A stretch of 64,000 bases of DNA from an uncultured Alphaproteobacteria bacterium. GTDB lineage: Bacteria; Pseudomonadota; Alphaproteobacteria; RF32; CAG-239. Position 1 is the first letter of the stretch. The number at the start of each line of letters is the position of its first letter. Under the pieces are notes generated by a model. It was not told the DNA's origin. It saw only the letters and a program-made list of their open reading frames with translations, and made no database searches. Shown here one piece after another: positions 43,707 to 54,770 of the stretch. The stretch covers positions 6,252 to 70,251 of the forward strand of contig CALXPO010000007.1 of the NCBI GenBank assembly GCA_944390315.1, in the 5' to 3' direction. The translations under genes and the position numbers were made by a program.

Positions 43707-43762
43707 CATTTAACCTAATATTTGTGTACTGGTCTTTATACATTTAACGTAATATTGGTGTA
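43707..43762. repeat. Imperfect 22-bp direct repeat (period 34 bp)
   Basis: CATTTAACCTAATATTTGTGTA (43707-43728) and CATTTAACGTAATATTGGTGTA (43741-43762). Confidence 0.6.
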
Positions 43763-43899
43763 TTTTACAAAAGGTTATTTTATCCGTATTTTTAACACCT
43801 AAGCATCTTCGGAATAACTTTTGTCTCCACTTCATAAGTGCATAAAACCATATAGAAATTTTGTAAAAACAGAGCAACCTATATGAAAAAAAATAATTT

Positions 43900-45006
43900 T
43901 TATCCTTCTTCCATATGCAACAATACAGAGATGCTTATCATCATAACGATTAATGTTGGTGTCCATACTGCCAGAAACGGTGAAATATAACCATTAATTC
44001 CGAAAGCATAAATCACCTGTGACAAGAAATACACTAAAAATCCGGTTGTAATTCCGCCGACAATCAAGTACATCACCCCACCGCGGCGATTATTGGGACG
44101 GAGAGCAAATACGGCTGCCACCAACAACATCGCACAAAGTAAGAAGGGAGAGTTCCACAGCGACATATATCTCATTTGGTGCCTCAGAGCCGAGAAACCG
44201 GACATTTCGTAAAAATGAATCGTATCCGGCAAATCCCAAAAAGAAATGGCTTCCGGATCAATAAAATTTTCTTTTATTCTATCTATGGTCAAAGTTGTTT
44301 TATAATCCACATTATTCACCTTAACCACAGGCTGTCCCGCCTCATAAATTTTAACATCTTTGAGTTCAAATTTATCTTTTTTAAGTTCAGCGGCATAAGC
44401 CTCCACACGTTTTTTGAGTTGGGATTGTCGGTCTATCTCCAAAACACTGACGGTCCTGAGCAACAAAACGTCACCTTCCTGTCGCACGGATTTGGCTTCC
44501 AAAACCAAAAAAGTATCATCATCAACCGCTTCTCTAATCCATAATCCTTTGTTTGAAAAAAGGACTGCTTTGGGATTTTTGGTTTTGAAACGATAATCAA
44601 GTGTTTCGTATACTTCATAAAGATACGAAGAAATAGGATTAATGATTGTAATATTAACAATACCTACCAAGAATACGGTCACTAAAAGCGGAGCCAAAAA
44701 TCCCCAAATAGAAACACCGGCGGCGCGAATAATAACAAATTCATTATTACGACTGATTTTCCAAAAGGTAACCATTGCCGCAATCATCATAATAAAAGGG
44801 AAAACCATTTCAAACGTACGCGGCATTTTGGAAAAAGCCATTTTCATGACAAACCACATATCAACATCGGGACGATCGGCAGTCCGGCGTAGCAATTCGA
44901 TAACTTCAAACATCAAAATGACACCGGTAACCATCAGCAACACGGCTATAAAATTAATTAAAATCTGTTTGGTCAGATATCTTCCCAAAATTGAAGTCGG
45001 CTTCAT
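43900..45006 (-). CDS. LPS export ABC transporter permease, LptF/LptG (YjgP/YjgQ) family
   Basis: 368 aa with an N-terminal 3-TM block, a periplasmic beta-rich middle and a C-terminal 3-TM block. The start ILGRYLTKQIL is typical of the family. Confidence 0.8.
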   Translation of the reverse strand: MKPTSILGRYLTKQILINFIAVLLMVTGVILMFEVIELLRRTADRPDVDMWFVMKMAFSKMPRTFEMVFPFIMMIAAMVTFWKISRNNEFVIIRAAGVSIWGFLAPLLVTVFLVGIVNITIINPISSYLYEVYETLDYRFKTKNPKAVLFSNKGLWIREAVDDDTFLVLEAKSVRQEGDVLLLRTVSVLEIDRQSQLKKRVEAYAAELKKDKFELKDVKIYEAGQPVVKVNNVDYKTTLTIDRIKENFIDPEAISFWDLPDTIHFYEMSGFSALRHQMRYMSLWNSPFLLCAMLLVAAVFALRPNNRRGGVMYLIVGGITTGFLVYFLSQVIYAFGINGYISPFLAVWTPTLIVMMISISVLLHMEEG

Positions 45007-45073
45007 TTTTATCTACCTTGATTAAAGACTGAATTTTAACATAAACAAAATATGCCAAAACATCAAGTACAGT

Positions 45074-45748
45074 TTATGCGTTGCGAAGTTCTTCGGCTTC
45101 TTTATACAAATCGTTAACCAAAGTTTGCAATCCATTTAATTGTCTTACTTTTTTCATGCGCTCTCCGGAAATAATGCGGCGAATTTTTTCAACCGTATCT
45201 TCTAGAGTTTCATTAACAACGACATAATCAAACTCATTCCAATGGCTGATTTTTTCCAAAACCAGATTCATTCTTTTTTCAATAACTTCTTTGCTGTCTG
45301 TTCCTCTTCCCTCTAAGCGACGGCGAACTTCCTTAATTGACGGCGGCAACAAATAAATGGTTACGACATCGGCACCCGCTTTTTCACGCATTTGACGTGC
45401 CCCCATCCAATCCAAATCAAACAACACATCCTCACCGACATTGATAAAACTGTCCACTTCGGAACGTAATGTACCATAGCGGCTGCCGTATTGAGAATCA
45501 ACATATTCATAAAAAGCATCTTCGGCTTTAAGTTTATCATATTCCTCGTCGGAAATAAAATAATAGTCGACACCGTTCACTTCATTATTGCGCGGCGCTC
45601 GCGTCGTTACCGACACCGAGAATTTAATATGTGGATCGCGAGCTAAAATTTCTTTTATCACCGTACCTTTACCTGCTCCCGAAGGACCTTCGATAATAAA
45701 CATTGCCCCACGGCGGACTTTACGCAAATAATTAATGACGTCTTCCAT
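45074..45748 (-). CDS. gmk: Guanylate kinase
   Basis: P-loop IEGPSGAGKGT and TTRAPRNNEVNGVDYYF. An alternative start lies at the internal MFII. Confidence 0.92.
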   Translation of the reverse strand: MEDVINYLRKVRRGAMFIIEGPSGAGKGTVIKEILARDPHIKFSVSVTTRAPRNNEVNGVDYYFISDEEYDKLKAEDAFYEYVDSQYGSRYGTLRSEVDSFINVGEDVLFDLDWMGARQMREKAGADVVTIYLLPPSIKEVRRRLEGRGTDSKEVIEKRMNLVLEKISHWNEFDYVVVNETLEDTVEKIRRIISGERMKKVRQLNGLQTLVNDLYKEAEELRNA

Positions 45749-45751
45749 TTT

Positions 45752-46639
45752 TTACTCCATATTTTGTACTTGTTCTCTGAGTTGTTCAATAACGGCTTTC
45801 AGTTCCATTCCGTAGTTAATAATTCGAATATCCGATGCTTTTGAACAAATGGTATTCGTTTCACGATTAAATTCCTGACACAAAAAATCAAAACGTCGAC
45901 CGAGCGTTTGATTAGCTTCCAACAATTGTCTGGCTGTTTTAATATGAGCCAGCAAACGATCAATTTCTTCTTTAATATCAGCTCTGTTAACCAACAAAAC
46001 GGCTTCTTGAGCCAATCTATCCTCATTAATTTCCGAATTGTCCAAAAGTTCTTTTATTTGTTTATAAAGCCTTTGTTTTAAAATTTCGGGTTGCGCCAAA
46101 GCCAAGCGACCGACTTGCAAAACCAGTTGTTCAATCTTATCCACCTGCTGCGTCAAAACCGATTTAATTTTTAATCCTTCCTGCCTGCGATCAGCCTGCA
46201 GGCGAATACAACATTCTTCAAAACCAGCGCGCAAATTACGATTTATGTCCGCCATTTCATCATCATTAAAATTACCTTTTTGCAACTCCAACACACCATC
46301 GAGAGCAAAAAGCTCCCCTACGGTCGGAGCCTGTATATCATTTGGATACTTTCGATGCAATTCTATCGCTGATTGTGTAATTTTTTCGAGCAGCAGTCGA
46401 TTAACTTTGACTTCCTCATTATTTTTTTCTACCATAACATCAAGCGAAACAGTTAAGCTGCCGCGCTCAAAGCAATTAGCAGCGATATTGCGCAAATTAA
46501 GGCTTATTTCATCCAACCACAGAGGTAATCTGGTCTTGAGGTCTAAATTTTTACCATTGACGCTTTTGATTTCCCATACCCATGAAAGCGAAAAATTTGC
46601 TCTTTCCATATTGCCACTTTGGCGGGCAAAACCGGTCAT
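45752..46639 (-). CDS. yicC: YicC family stress-induced protein
   Basis: The MTGFAR N-terminus and a C-terminal CQEFNRETNTICSKA...EQLREQVQNME. The ORF extends to 46669. Confidence 0.88.
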   Translation of the reverse strand: MTGFARQSGNMERANFSLSWVWEIKSVNGKNLDLKTRLPLWLDEISLNLRNIAANCFERGSLTVSLDVMVEKNNEEVKVNRLLLEKITQSAIELHRKYPNDIQAPTVGELFALDGVLELQKGNFNDDEMADINRNLRAGFEECCIRLQADRRQEGLKIKSVLTQQVDKIEQLVLQVGRLALAQPEILKQRLYKQIKELLDNSEINEDRLAQEAVLLVNRADIKEEIDRLLAHIKTARQLLEANQTLGRRFDFLCQEFNRETNTICSKASDIRIINYGMELKAVIEQLREQVQNME

Positions 46640-46734
46640 ACTTGATATTTGCAAAAAAAATCTCCTCAAAATTATTTTTTTGATTATTATATAATCTAAT
46701 GATTAACAAAATTTATATAACGGAAAGCAAAAAA

Positions 46735-47499
46735 ATGGAAACAAAATTTAAGAACGTGTTAATTACCGGAGCATCTTCCGGCATTGGCGAAGCTATGGCA
46801 CAATATTATGCTGCCTCAGGTACCGAAAATTTATTTATCTGCGGACGCAACAAAGAACGTTTGGAGACCGTTAAACAAAAATGTGAAAAATTTGGGACAA
46901 AGGTCTACGCATCGTTGATTGACGTCACCGACAAAGAAAAAATGCGGGCGTGGATTATTCAAAGTAATAAAAAAGCTCCCTTAAATTTGGTTTTAGCTAA
47001 TGCCGGCGTCGCTTCACTCAAAGAAGAAGACGAAAATATTTATAACACCTTTAATACAAATGTCTTCGGAGTACTCAATACAATTCAACCAGCAATCAAC
47101 CTCTTTGCCAAACGCCGCGGCAAATCAGTCAAAGCCATTGCCATGCTCAGTTCAATCGCAGGTTATCATGGACTGGCCGGTTGTCCTTCATATAGCGCCA
47201 GCAAAGCCTGCGTCAAAACTTACGGCGAAGCTCTGCGTGTTTACTGGGCACCCAAAAACATTCAAGTCAGCGTGATTTGCCCCGGTTTTATCCGTTCACG
47301 TATCACCGAAAAAAACACTTGCCCGATGCCGTTTTTCATGGAAGCAGATAAAGCCGCTCATATTATTGGACGCGGCTTAGAAAACAATGTCGGTCTGATA
47401 GCTTTTCCTTGGCCGATGCGCTTTGCCGTTTGGTTGCTGTCAGTTTTGCCTAATCCGATTAGTAGTTATATTTGCTCCAAATTACCATACAAAGTCTAA
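46735..47499 (+). CDS. Short-chain dehydrogenase/reductase (SDR)
   Basis: TGASSGIG cofactor motif, NAG, and catalytic YSASKACVK. The ORF extends upstream to 46699. Confidence 0.88.
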   Translation: METKFKNVLITGASSGIGEAMAQYYAASGTENLFICGRNKERLETVKQKCEKFGTKVYASLIDVTDKEKMRAWIIQSNKKAPLNLVLANAGVASLKEEDENIYNTFNTNVFGVLNTIQPAINLFAKRRGKSVKAIAMLSSIAGYHGLAGCPSYSASKACVKTYGEALRVYWAPKNIQVSVICPGFIRSRITEKNTCPMPFFMEADKAAHIIGRGLENNVGLIAFPWPMRFAVWLLSVLPNPISSYICSKLPYKV

Positions 47500-47562
47500 T
47501 ACCGATTCGAATTTTCAACTTTTAAAAGTTAAAGACATAAGGAAACAAGACGATTAAACGCA

Positions 47563-47599
47563 AAGAGGGGAAATTTGCTTTATACAAATCTCCCCTCTT
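47563..47599. terminator. Bidirectional hairpin
   Basis: AAGAGGGGAAATTTG-7 nt-CAAATCTCCCCTCTT pairs at 14 of 15 positions. It lies between convergent genes. Confidence 0.7.
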
Positions 47600-47613
47600 A
47601 TTTTATTTCTGCG

Positions 47614-47820
47614 CTATTTCATGGATTTAAACCCGAGCACGACTATAACCACCAAAGCGGCAACAGAGAATAGCCACGGACCATACGCAAAAACAAACAA
47701 TGCCAGAATGTAGACGGCCAAATTTTTATAATCTTTCTTTTTCAAAAGATTAAAAATCGGCACCAGCAAAACAATCAAGACAATGATTAAAATCAAACCT
47801 AATATTATCAAAAGATTCAT
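47614..47820 (-). CDS. Small membrane protein (~68 aa, two TM segments)
   Basis: Hydrophobic ORF. ATG 47820 (MNLLIILG) is preferred; the ORF extends to 47850. Confidence 0.45.
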   Translation of the reverse strand: MNLLIILGLILIIVLIVLLVPIFNLLKKKDYKNLAVYILALFVFAYGPWLFSVAALVVIVVLGFKSMK

Positions 47821-47879
47821 ATTGAACGCAATTAAAAAGGAGAAGCACAATCAATGCCTCTCCTCGCAAACAATGCATT

Positions 47880-48359
47880 TTAGTTCACTTTCTGCCAACC
47901 GGAAGCCTCAACAACCGTTAATTTATTAGCAGAAAAATCCGCCTTGTTTAGGACCAGTTTGGCATCTCCCTTAGAAAGTGAGATAGTATCATCACTTTCG
48001 GTAACGGCATAGCCGCCGGCACTAACAAGTTGATTGTTAACTTCACTTACCCAACCGTTGAAGAAAGATACAATAAGCATATCTTGCCCCTGAGCGATTC
48101 TAACTTTGACGCAAGGAGAATTTTCTTTTGTATCAAAGTCTTCCACTACGGTCATAAATCCGATAATCCGGCCGGCATCATTTTTTTCAACCAAGGCATA
48201 ACCTGACACACTGTCACAAGCCATTTTGAAAAAAGCCGGCATAGCCACTTCGACTTCACGGGTTGAAAAGGCGGAGATAATCACTGTTTTTTCATTTTCC
48301 TGAGCGATGGCAGTCATACTTATCAGTATGGCAATTGCCAAAAATACAAATTTTTTCAT
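47880..48359 (-). CDS. Secreted hypothetical protein
   Basis: Signal peptide MKKFVFLAIAILISMTAIAQ. No motif recognised. Confidence 0.6.
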   Translation of the reverse strand: MKKFVFLAIAILISMTAIAQENEKTVIISAFSTREVEVAMPAFFKMACDSVSGYALVEKNDAGRIIGFMTVVEDFDTKENSPCVKVRIAQGQDMLIVSFFNGWVSEVNNQLVSAGGYAVTESDDTISLSKGDAKLVLNKADFSANKLTVVEASGWQKVN

Positions 48360-48463
48360 TTTTAAAGTATTAATAATTTAACAATAGCTTAGTAGGTAGA
48401 GATACAATATCACAACCACAAAATTTGTCAATTTATTTTGTCAAAAGAAAAACACAATAGATG

Positions 48464-48490
48464 CAAAAAAGGGCAGAAAAAATCTGCCCT
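48464..48490 (-). terminator. Terminator after the DsbA-like gene
   Basis: The AAGGGCAGA-AAAAA-TCTGCCCTT stem is followed by a T-run on the minus strand. Confidence 0.7.
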
Positions 48491-48514
48491 TTGTAAATTG
48501 AAAATATTAAGCGA

Positions 48515-49261
48515 TTATTTTAATCCGTTAATACTTTGTTGAATTGTATCACTGTCAAGTGTTTGCAATAATTCACCATTCAAAATCATTGTCGGTACGC
48601 CATTGACCTGAATTTTGCCGGAAAGTTCATTATTAGCATTCATAATATTGCTGATTTTTTCACTTTCAACATCAGCTTTGAATTTTTCAATATCCAAACC
48701 GATTTTACCGGCAAGTTCATCAATTTTTTGATTATCCAAAGGACCTTCTACCGTAAACAAGGCATTGTGCATTTCTACGAATTTTCCTTGTTCGGCAGCT
48801 GCCAAAGCAGCTCTTGCGGCATAATCAGAGTAAGGAGCAACGAAGGCCAACGGTTTAAATACAAATTTAACATCTTTATTATTAGCCATAACTTCATTCA
48901 ATTCAGGGAACAATCTGTGGCAGAAACCGCATGCATAATCATAGAACTCAACCAAAACAATTTTGCTGTCTTTATCACCGACAACAGGAGAAGTAGGATC
49001 ATTATTAACGGCTTCCAAATTATCGGTAATCAACTTCTTAGCAGCCTCAATTGCTTCTAATTGAGCTTTTTCCTGATAGGCTTGCATAGCATTGATAATC
49101 ATTTCAGGTTTTTCTTTAAGAACATTTTCCATCTGTGTGGCAAAATCAACATTTGCTTGAACAGGTGCTTTTTGACCTTTTTGACATGGGAACATAACCA
49201 TATACAAAGCTGCACAGGCTACGATCAAAGCCAAAATTGAAATAACAAGTGATTTTTTCAT
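48515..49261 (-). CDS. DsbA-family thiol:disulfide oxidoreductase (membrane-anchored)
   Basis: N-terminal TM anchor and the thioredoxin-fold active site YDYACGFCHRL (CxxC). Confidence 0.85.
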   Translation of the reverse strand: MKKSLVISILALIVACAALYMVMFPCQKGQKAPVQANVDFATQMENVLKEKPEMIINAMQAYQEKAQLEAIEAAKKLITDNLEAVNNDPTSPVVGDKDSKIVLVEFYDYACGFCHRLFPELNEVMANNKDVKFVFKPLAFVAPYSDYAARAALAAAEQGKFVEMHNALFTVEGPLDNQKIDELAGKIGLDIEKFKADVESEKISNIMNANNELSGKIQVNGVPTMILNGELLQTLDSDTIQQSINGLK

Positions 49262-49420
49262 AATATATTATCCTCAAAAATTGTTATATAACAAATCAGC
49301 TTCAATTTAACCAAATAAAATTAGTTTTACAAGTACAAAAATATTGTTTTTAAAAATCCAGTTTTTTTTAACTTTTTATATGTATTCTATAAAAATAATA
49401 ACTCAGTTACGGAGACAAAA

Positions 49421-50083
49421 ATGTTTCACATCAAATTTCCAATGATATCGCAATCACGAACGCTAGAGAACAAACTTGATAATTTTCACGACAAGATAAT
49501 TGATGCGGCAGCACTTTTTCACAGATCAATAAAATTTTTTCTTGGTGAAAATGAAAATCAAAATGAATGTAAAGCGATTAACAAGCAAATCAAGCATATT
49601 GAACACGAGGCAGATCAACTTCGCCGCGATATAGAGAACGAGCTTTATTCACGAAATTTGCTTCCAAACTTACAAGCCGATATTCTGCAACTCATTGAGA
49701 GTCTGGATAAAATCACAAATCAGATTGATGACGTCATTTATAAATTTTATATTGAAAAGCCTCAAATTCCCAATAAATTTCATAACAAATTATTGGACCT
49801 GTGCGAACAGGTTGCAGACTGCGTCGAAAATATGGCTATTGCTTCAAGAGCATTTTTTAAGGACAAAAGCGTTGTACGTGATTATACTCACAAAGTTTAT
49901 ATTAAAGAACAAGAATCCGATTCCAGTTACAACGATCTCAAAAAGGCTATTTTTGCCTCAGATATGGATTTAGCAAACAAACTTCAACTGGACTTATTTG
50001 TTACCGAAGTCACGAATATTGCGGATATTGCCGAAGATTGCGCTGATGAATTACTGATTTTCACCTTAAAAAGAGATATTTAA
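49421..50083 (+). CDS. PhoU-like / DUF47 family phosphate-transport regulator
   Basis: Helical 220-aa protein whose stop overlaps (TAATG) the start of the downstream PiT transporter gene, which is the conserved pairing. Confidence 0.7.
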   Translation: MFHIKFPMISQSRTLENKLDNFHDKIIDAAALFHRSIKFFLGENENQNECKAINKQIKHIEHEADQLRRDIENELYSRNLLPNLQADILQLIESLDKITNQIDDVIYKFYIEKPQIPNKFHNKLLDLCEQVADCVENMAIASRAFFKDKSVVRDYTHKVYIKEQESDSSYNDLKKAIFASDMDLANKLQLDLFVTEVTNIADIAEDCADELLIFTLKRDI

Positions 50084-51132
50084 TGTTAAGTTTTTTAATT
50101 TTTTTGAGTAGTGGTTTATTCTTAGGCTGGTCATTAGGAGCCAATGATGCCTCAAATATTTTTGGAACTGCCGTCGGCACCAAAATGGTAAAATTTCGCA
50201 CGGCAGCTTTCATATCTTCCATATTTGTTATTTTAGGTGCAGTCTTAGGCGGTGACGGAGCCGCACAGACTCTTAATAAACTGGGAAGCGTCAATAGCGG
50301 AGCCGGCGCATTTATGGTAGGTCTGGCAGCCGCTTTTTCTATTTACTGGATGACCAAAAGCAAAATTCCCGTATCAACCTCACAAGCCATAGTCGGAGCC
50401 ATTATCGGTTGGAATCTCTATAGTGGTAAACCGACGGATTTAAGCATTTTTTCAACCATTGTCGGCACATGGATTTTTTGTCCGATTCTTTCCGGTATTT
50501 TTGCCGTTGCCATTTATTTTATGACGCGTTTTATCATCATAAAAACTAAAATTCCGCTCATAAGGCAGGACATGTATACCCGATTTGGATTAATTTTAGC
50601 CGGAGCTTTCGGCGCCTACGCTCTGGGAGCCAATAATATAGCTAACGTCATGGGAATTTTTGTTACCTCAAACCAGTTTCATGCGGTTACTTTTTTCAAC
50701 TTTATTGAGCTTAATGCGGAACAAGTGCTTTTTTTACTCGGCGGAATTGCTATTTCAGTAGGCATTTTTACCTATTCGAAAAGAATTATGATGACTGTCG
50801 GTAATAACATATGCATCATCAGCCCTCTGGCAGCTTGGGTCGTCGTTATTGCTCAATCCTTTGTTTTATTTTTATTTGCCTCACAGAATTTTCATCTGTT
50901 TTTGGAACAACACGGTCTTCCCTCGATTCCTTTAGTTCCTGTTTCGAGTTCTCAAGCCGTAATAGGCGCTGTTATTGGCATCGGCTTAATAAAAGGCGGT
51001 CACGGAATAAACTGGGGCTTACTCGGACAAATTTTTATCGGTTGGGTAGCAACACCCGTTATTGCCGCCGGACTATGTTATATTTCTTTGTTTTTCTTAC
51101 AAAACGTATTCAATTTAACCGTTTATTATTAA
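50083..51132 (+). CDS. Inorganic phosphate transporter, PiT family
   Basis: The GANDASNIFGTAVG and SSSQAVIGAVIGIG signature repeats, with about 10 TM segments. Confidence 0.9.
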   Translation: MLSFLIFLSSGLFLGWSLGANDASNIFGTAVGTKMVKFRTAAFISSIFVILGAVLGGDGAAQTLNKLGSVNSGAGAFMVGLAAAFSIYWMTKSKIPVSTSQAIVGAIIGWNLYSGKPTDLSIFSTIVGTWIFCPILSGIFAVAIYFMTRFIIIKTKIPLIRQDMYTRFGLILAGAFGAYALGANNIANVMGIFVTSNQFHAVTFFNFIELNAEQVLFLLGGIAISVGIFTYSKRIMMTVGNNICIISPLAAWVVVIAQSFVLFLFASQNFHLFLEQHGLPSIPLVPVSSSQAVIGAVIGIGLIKGGHGINWGLLGQIFIGWVATPVIAAGLCYISLFFLQNVFNLTVYY

Positions 51133-51134
51133 TT

Positions 51135-51575
51135 TTATTCCCGATGATACGGATGATGATTGATAATTGTTTGAATACGATAAATTTGTTCTGCCAAAAC
51201 AACGCGCATCAACATATGAGGCAAGGTTAATTTGCCAAAAGACAGAACCAAATCGGCTCGTTCCCGAGTCGATGGCAAATGTCCGTCAGCTCCGCCAATA
51301 AGAAAACAAATATCTGAACAACCGTTTAACATCCAATTCTCAATTTTTGCCGCCAACTCAAGCGATTTCATATTTTCACCGCGTTCATCCAGAACAACGA
51401 CTTTCGAACCTTGGGGAATAGATGAAATTAAAAACTTAGCCTCATCAACCTGATTTGAATTATCTTGTTCTTTAATCACAATATCCCAGCTACTGCGCTT
51501 AATATACTCGTCTATCAATTCTTTTTCAGGCGATCCCTTTTTACATTTTCCGATAGCGGCTATCACAACCTTCAT
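51135..51575 (-). CDS. rlmH: 23S rRNA (pseudouridine1915-N3)-methyltransferase RlmH
   Basis: SPOUT-fold protein of 146 aa ending LPHMLMRVVLAEQIYRIQTIINHHPYHRE. Confidence 0.9.
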   Translation of the reverse strand: MKVVIAAIGKCKKGSPEKELIDEYIKRSSWDIVIKEQDNSNQVDEAKFLISSIPQGSKVVVLDERGENMKSLELAAKIENWMLNGCSDICFLIGGADGHLPSTRERADLVLSFGKLTLPHMLMRVVLAEQIYRIQTIINHHPYHRE

Positions 51576-51791
51576 TGTTTTCTCCTGTTACTCTTAACAA
51601 TCTTCCATTTGCTCCAGATTAACTCAATTTCAAATTTGGCATATTTAAAATAATCATAGAATATAAAAAGATTAAACGAAAAAATTGCAAACGACGCAAA
51701 TTATCACATTAAAAAAACAACTTCTGTTTCACAAACTTGGTAAAAGAGCAAAAACATAAATTATTAACCTCAATGCACGATACATATTAGC

Positions 51792-51813
51792 AAAAACCCC
51801 GAAATATTCGGGG
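51792..51813 (-). terminator. Terminator-like hairpin downstream of rsfS (also a partial copy of repeat hairpin 1)
   Basis: CCCCGAA-ATA-TTCGGGG with a T-run on the minus strand. The flanks AAAACCCCGA...TCGGGGCTTAAGG resemble the start of the 140-bp unit. Confidence 0.55.
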
Positions 51814-51892
51814 CTTAAGGATAAATCATTGTCATGCACTGACGAGCAGCAAACGGAAAAATCACATATATTTCACAATTGCCGAAATATAT

Positions 51893-52267
51893 TTATTCTT
51901 TGCGAAGGTTTGCGGCAGAGTTCCACATTTTTTCCAAATTATAAAACTCTCTGACTTCAGGTCGAAACAAATGGACAATAACATCATAAGCATCTATCAA
52001 CACCCAATCACCTTTTGTTTCACCTTCACTAACCGATTTGAAACCGGATTTTTTCAAATTTTCTTGAATTCTCTGCGCCAAAGAAATCACATGCCTGTCA
52101 GAAGTTCCCGAAGCAATAACCATTTCATTGGCAATAGATGTTTTTCCCCTTAAATCGATAACCACCACATCTTCGGCTTTACCATCTTCAAGACTGGAAG
52201 TTATGATATTTAAAATCTGGGCTTCTTCGTTTTTATTTTCTTTTTGTTTTGATTTCGTATTTTTCAA
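51893..52267 (-). CDS. rsfS: Ribosomal silencing factor RsfS
   Basis: VVVIDLRGKTSIANEMVIASGTSDRHV...GDWVLIDAYDVIVHLFRPEVREFYNLEKMW. Confidence 0.92.
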   Translation of the reverse strand: MKNTKSKQKENKNEEAQILNIITSSLEDGKAEDVVVIDLRGKTSIANEMVIASGTSDRHVISLAQRIQENLKKSGFKSVSEGETKGDWVLIDAYDVIVHLFRPEVREFYNLEKMWNSAANLRKE

Positions 52268-52285
52268 AATATTTACTCCTGATAA

Positions 52286-53377
<1,092 letters not shown>

Positions 53378-53395
53378 TTACTGATAAAAATAAAG

Positions 53396-53421
53396 GGGGT
53401 ATAGGACCCCCTCCATCATAA
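53396..53421 (-). terminator. Terminator after rpmA
   Basis: GGGGGT-ATAGG-ACCCCC with a T-rich run on the minus strand. Confidence 0.7.
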
Positions 53422-53434
53422 AATTAACTAAAAG

Positions 53435-53686
53435 TTATTCGGTAACAACGGATACGAAAGTCTTATCACCGGACTTTTTAAAAGAAACTTTTCCGTCAGT
53501 TGTTGCAAAAATAGTATGATCTTTGCCCATACCGACATTTTCACCGGGATGATATTTTGTACCACGTTGACGAATGATGATATTACCGGCAATAACGGCT
53601 TGACCGCCGGATTTTTTCAGTCCGAGACGACGACCTTCGGTATCGCGTCCGTTATCACTGCTACCACCTGATTTTTTATGTGCCAT
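53435..53686 (-). CDS. rpmA: 50S ribosomal protein L27
   Basis: [10 protein letters not shown]...[19 protein letters not shown]. Confidence 0.97.
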   Translation of the reverse strand: MAHKKSGGSSDNGRDTEGRRLGLKKSGGQAVIAGNIIIRQRGTKYHPGENVGMGKDHTIFATTDGKVSFKKSGDKTFVSVVTE

Positions 53687-53713
53687 TACTCAAATCTCCT
53701 CAAAAAACTATTG

Positions 53714-54010
53714 TTATGCGATTTCGGCAATTTTAACAATAGTAATATTCTGTCTGTGGCCGTTTTTACGACGATAATTTTGTCTTCTTTTCTTTTTGAA
53801 GACAATAACTTTATCAGCCTTAGCCTGTTTCAAAATAGTTGCTTTAACAGAAGCGCCGGCAACAAAAGGTTTACCGACATTGTCACCCAAAGCCAACACT
53901 TCGTTAAAAACGATTTCGCTGCCTTCGTCACCGGGAAGTTTTTCAACTTTAATAACGTCTCCGGAAGCGACTTTATACTGTTTTCCGCCTGTTTTAATTA
54001 CTGCGTACAT
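53714..54010 (-). CDS. rplU: 50S ribosomal protein L21
   Basis: MYAVIKTGGKQYKV. The ORF extends to 54019. Confidence 0.96.
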   Translation of the reverse strand: MYAVIKTGGKQYKVASGDVIKVEKLPGDEGSEIVFNEVLALGDNVGKPFVAGASVKATILKQAKADKVIVFKKKRRQNYRRKNGHRQNITIVKIAEIA

Positions 54011-54134
54011 TTTTTCCACCTAAACTTTATTTTGATTATTTAAACACAAAACGTTGTTTGCAATATACATAACTTTTTTTTGCTGTCAACAACATTTTGC
54101 GGTTAACAGCATTTTAATAAAAGGTTTTGTCAAT

Positions 54135-54611
54135 TTACTTGTTCAAAATTCGGAAGAGCTGAGGTTTCATAAACTTGCCTTGCCAAATACCGCGTTTTTC
54201 ATTTTCGGCTTCATTTTCCGATGCACTGTAATCAGAATATTTATTTTTATAAACAACAGCCCAACCGGCACGAACCATTTCTTCATTAATATTTATCTTT
54301 TCGCCTATTTTATTTGTAACATAACAAGTACATAAGCTGCGACGATAGCGGTCAATATCTTTTTCGACACAAGTAACTTTTCCCATATCCACCAAGGTTT
54401 GCAAATAGGTCTTAGCCTCAAGACCGCACGGATATTTTTTAAGATTTTCGAGACGACAATCCTGATAATATTCGGGAGCATCGATTCCCTCTAATCTGAT
54501 TCTTTTCTTTCCCATCTCAAGACTATCCCCGTCGACAACAGTCACATTAGTTGCTGCAGAAGCGGCAGATGTCAACAAAACACAAAACATGATAAAAAAG
54601 AAATTTTTCAT
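54135..54611 (-). CDS. Secreted thermonuclease (staphylococcal nuclease/SNase family)
   Basis: Signal peptide followed by VVDGDSLEMGKKRIRLEGIDAPE and the C-terminal ENEAENEKRGIW. Confidence 0.85.
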   Translation of the reverse strand: MKNFFFIMFCVLLTSAASAATNVTVVDGDSLEMGKKRIRLEGIDAPEYYQDCRLENLKKYPCGLEAKTYLQTLVDMGKVTCVEKDIDRYRRSLCTCYVTNKIGEKININEEMVRAGWAVVYKNKYSDYSASENEAENEKRGIWQGKFMKPQLFRILNK

Positions 54612-54770
54612 TATTTACCTCTTGGTCTTTTAACGTTGCTATATATTATAATGGTAACCTTTTTATTATGCAAACACAAATTTATTATAGCGAAAAGCAA
54701 AAAAAACTTTGTGTTTTTATAATTTTGTCTTATTATAGCCTCAGTTTAAAATCGATTTTAATAAGGATGA

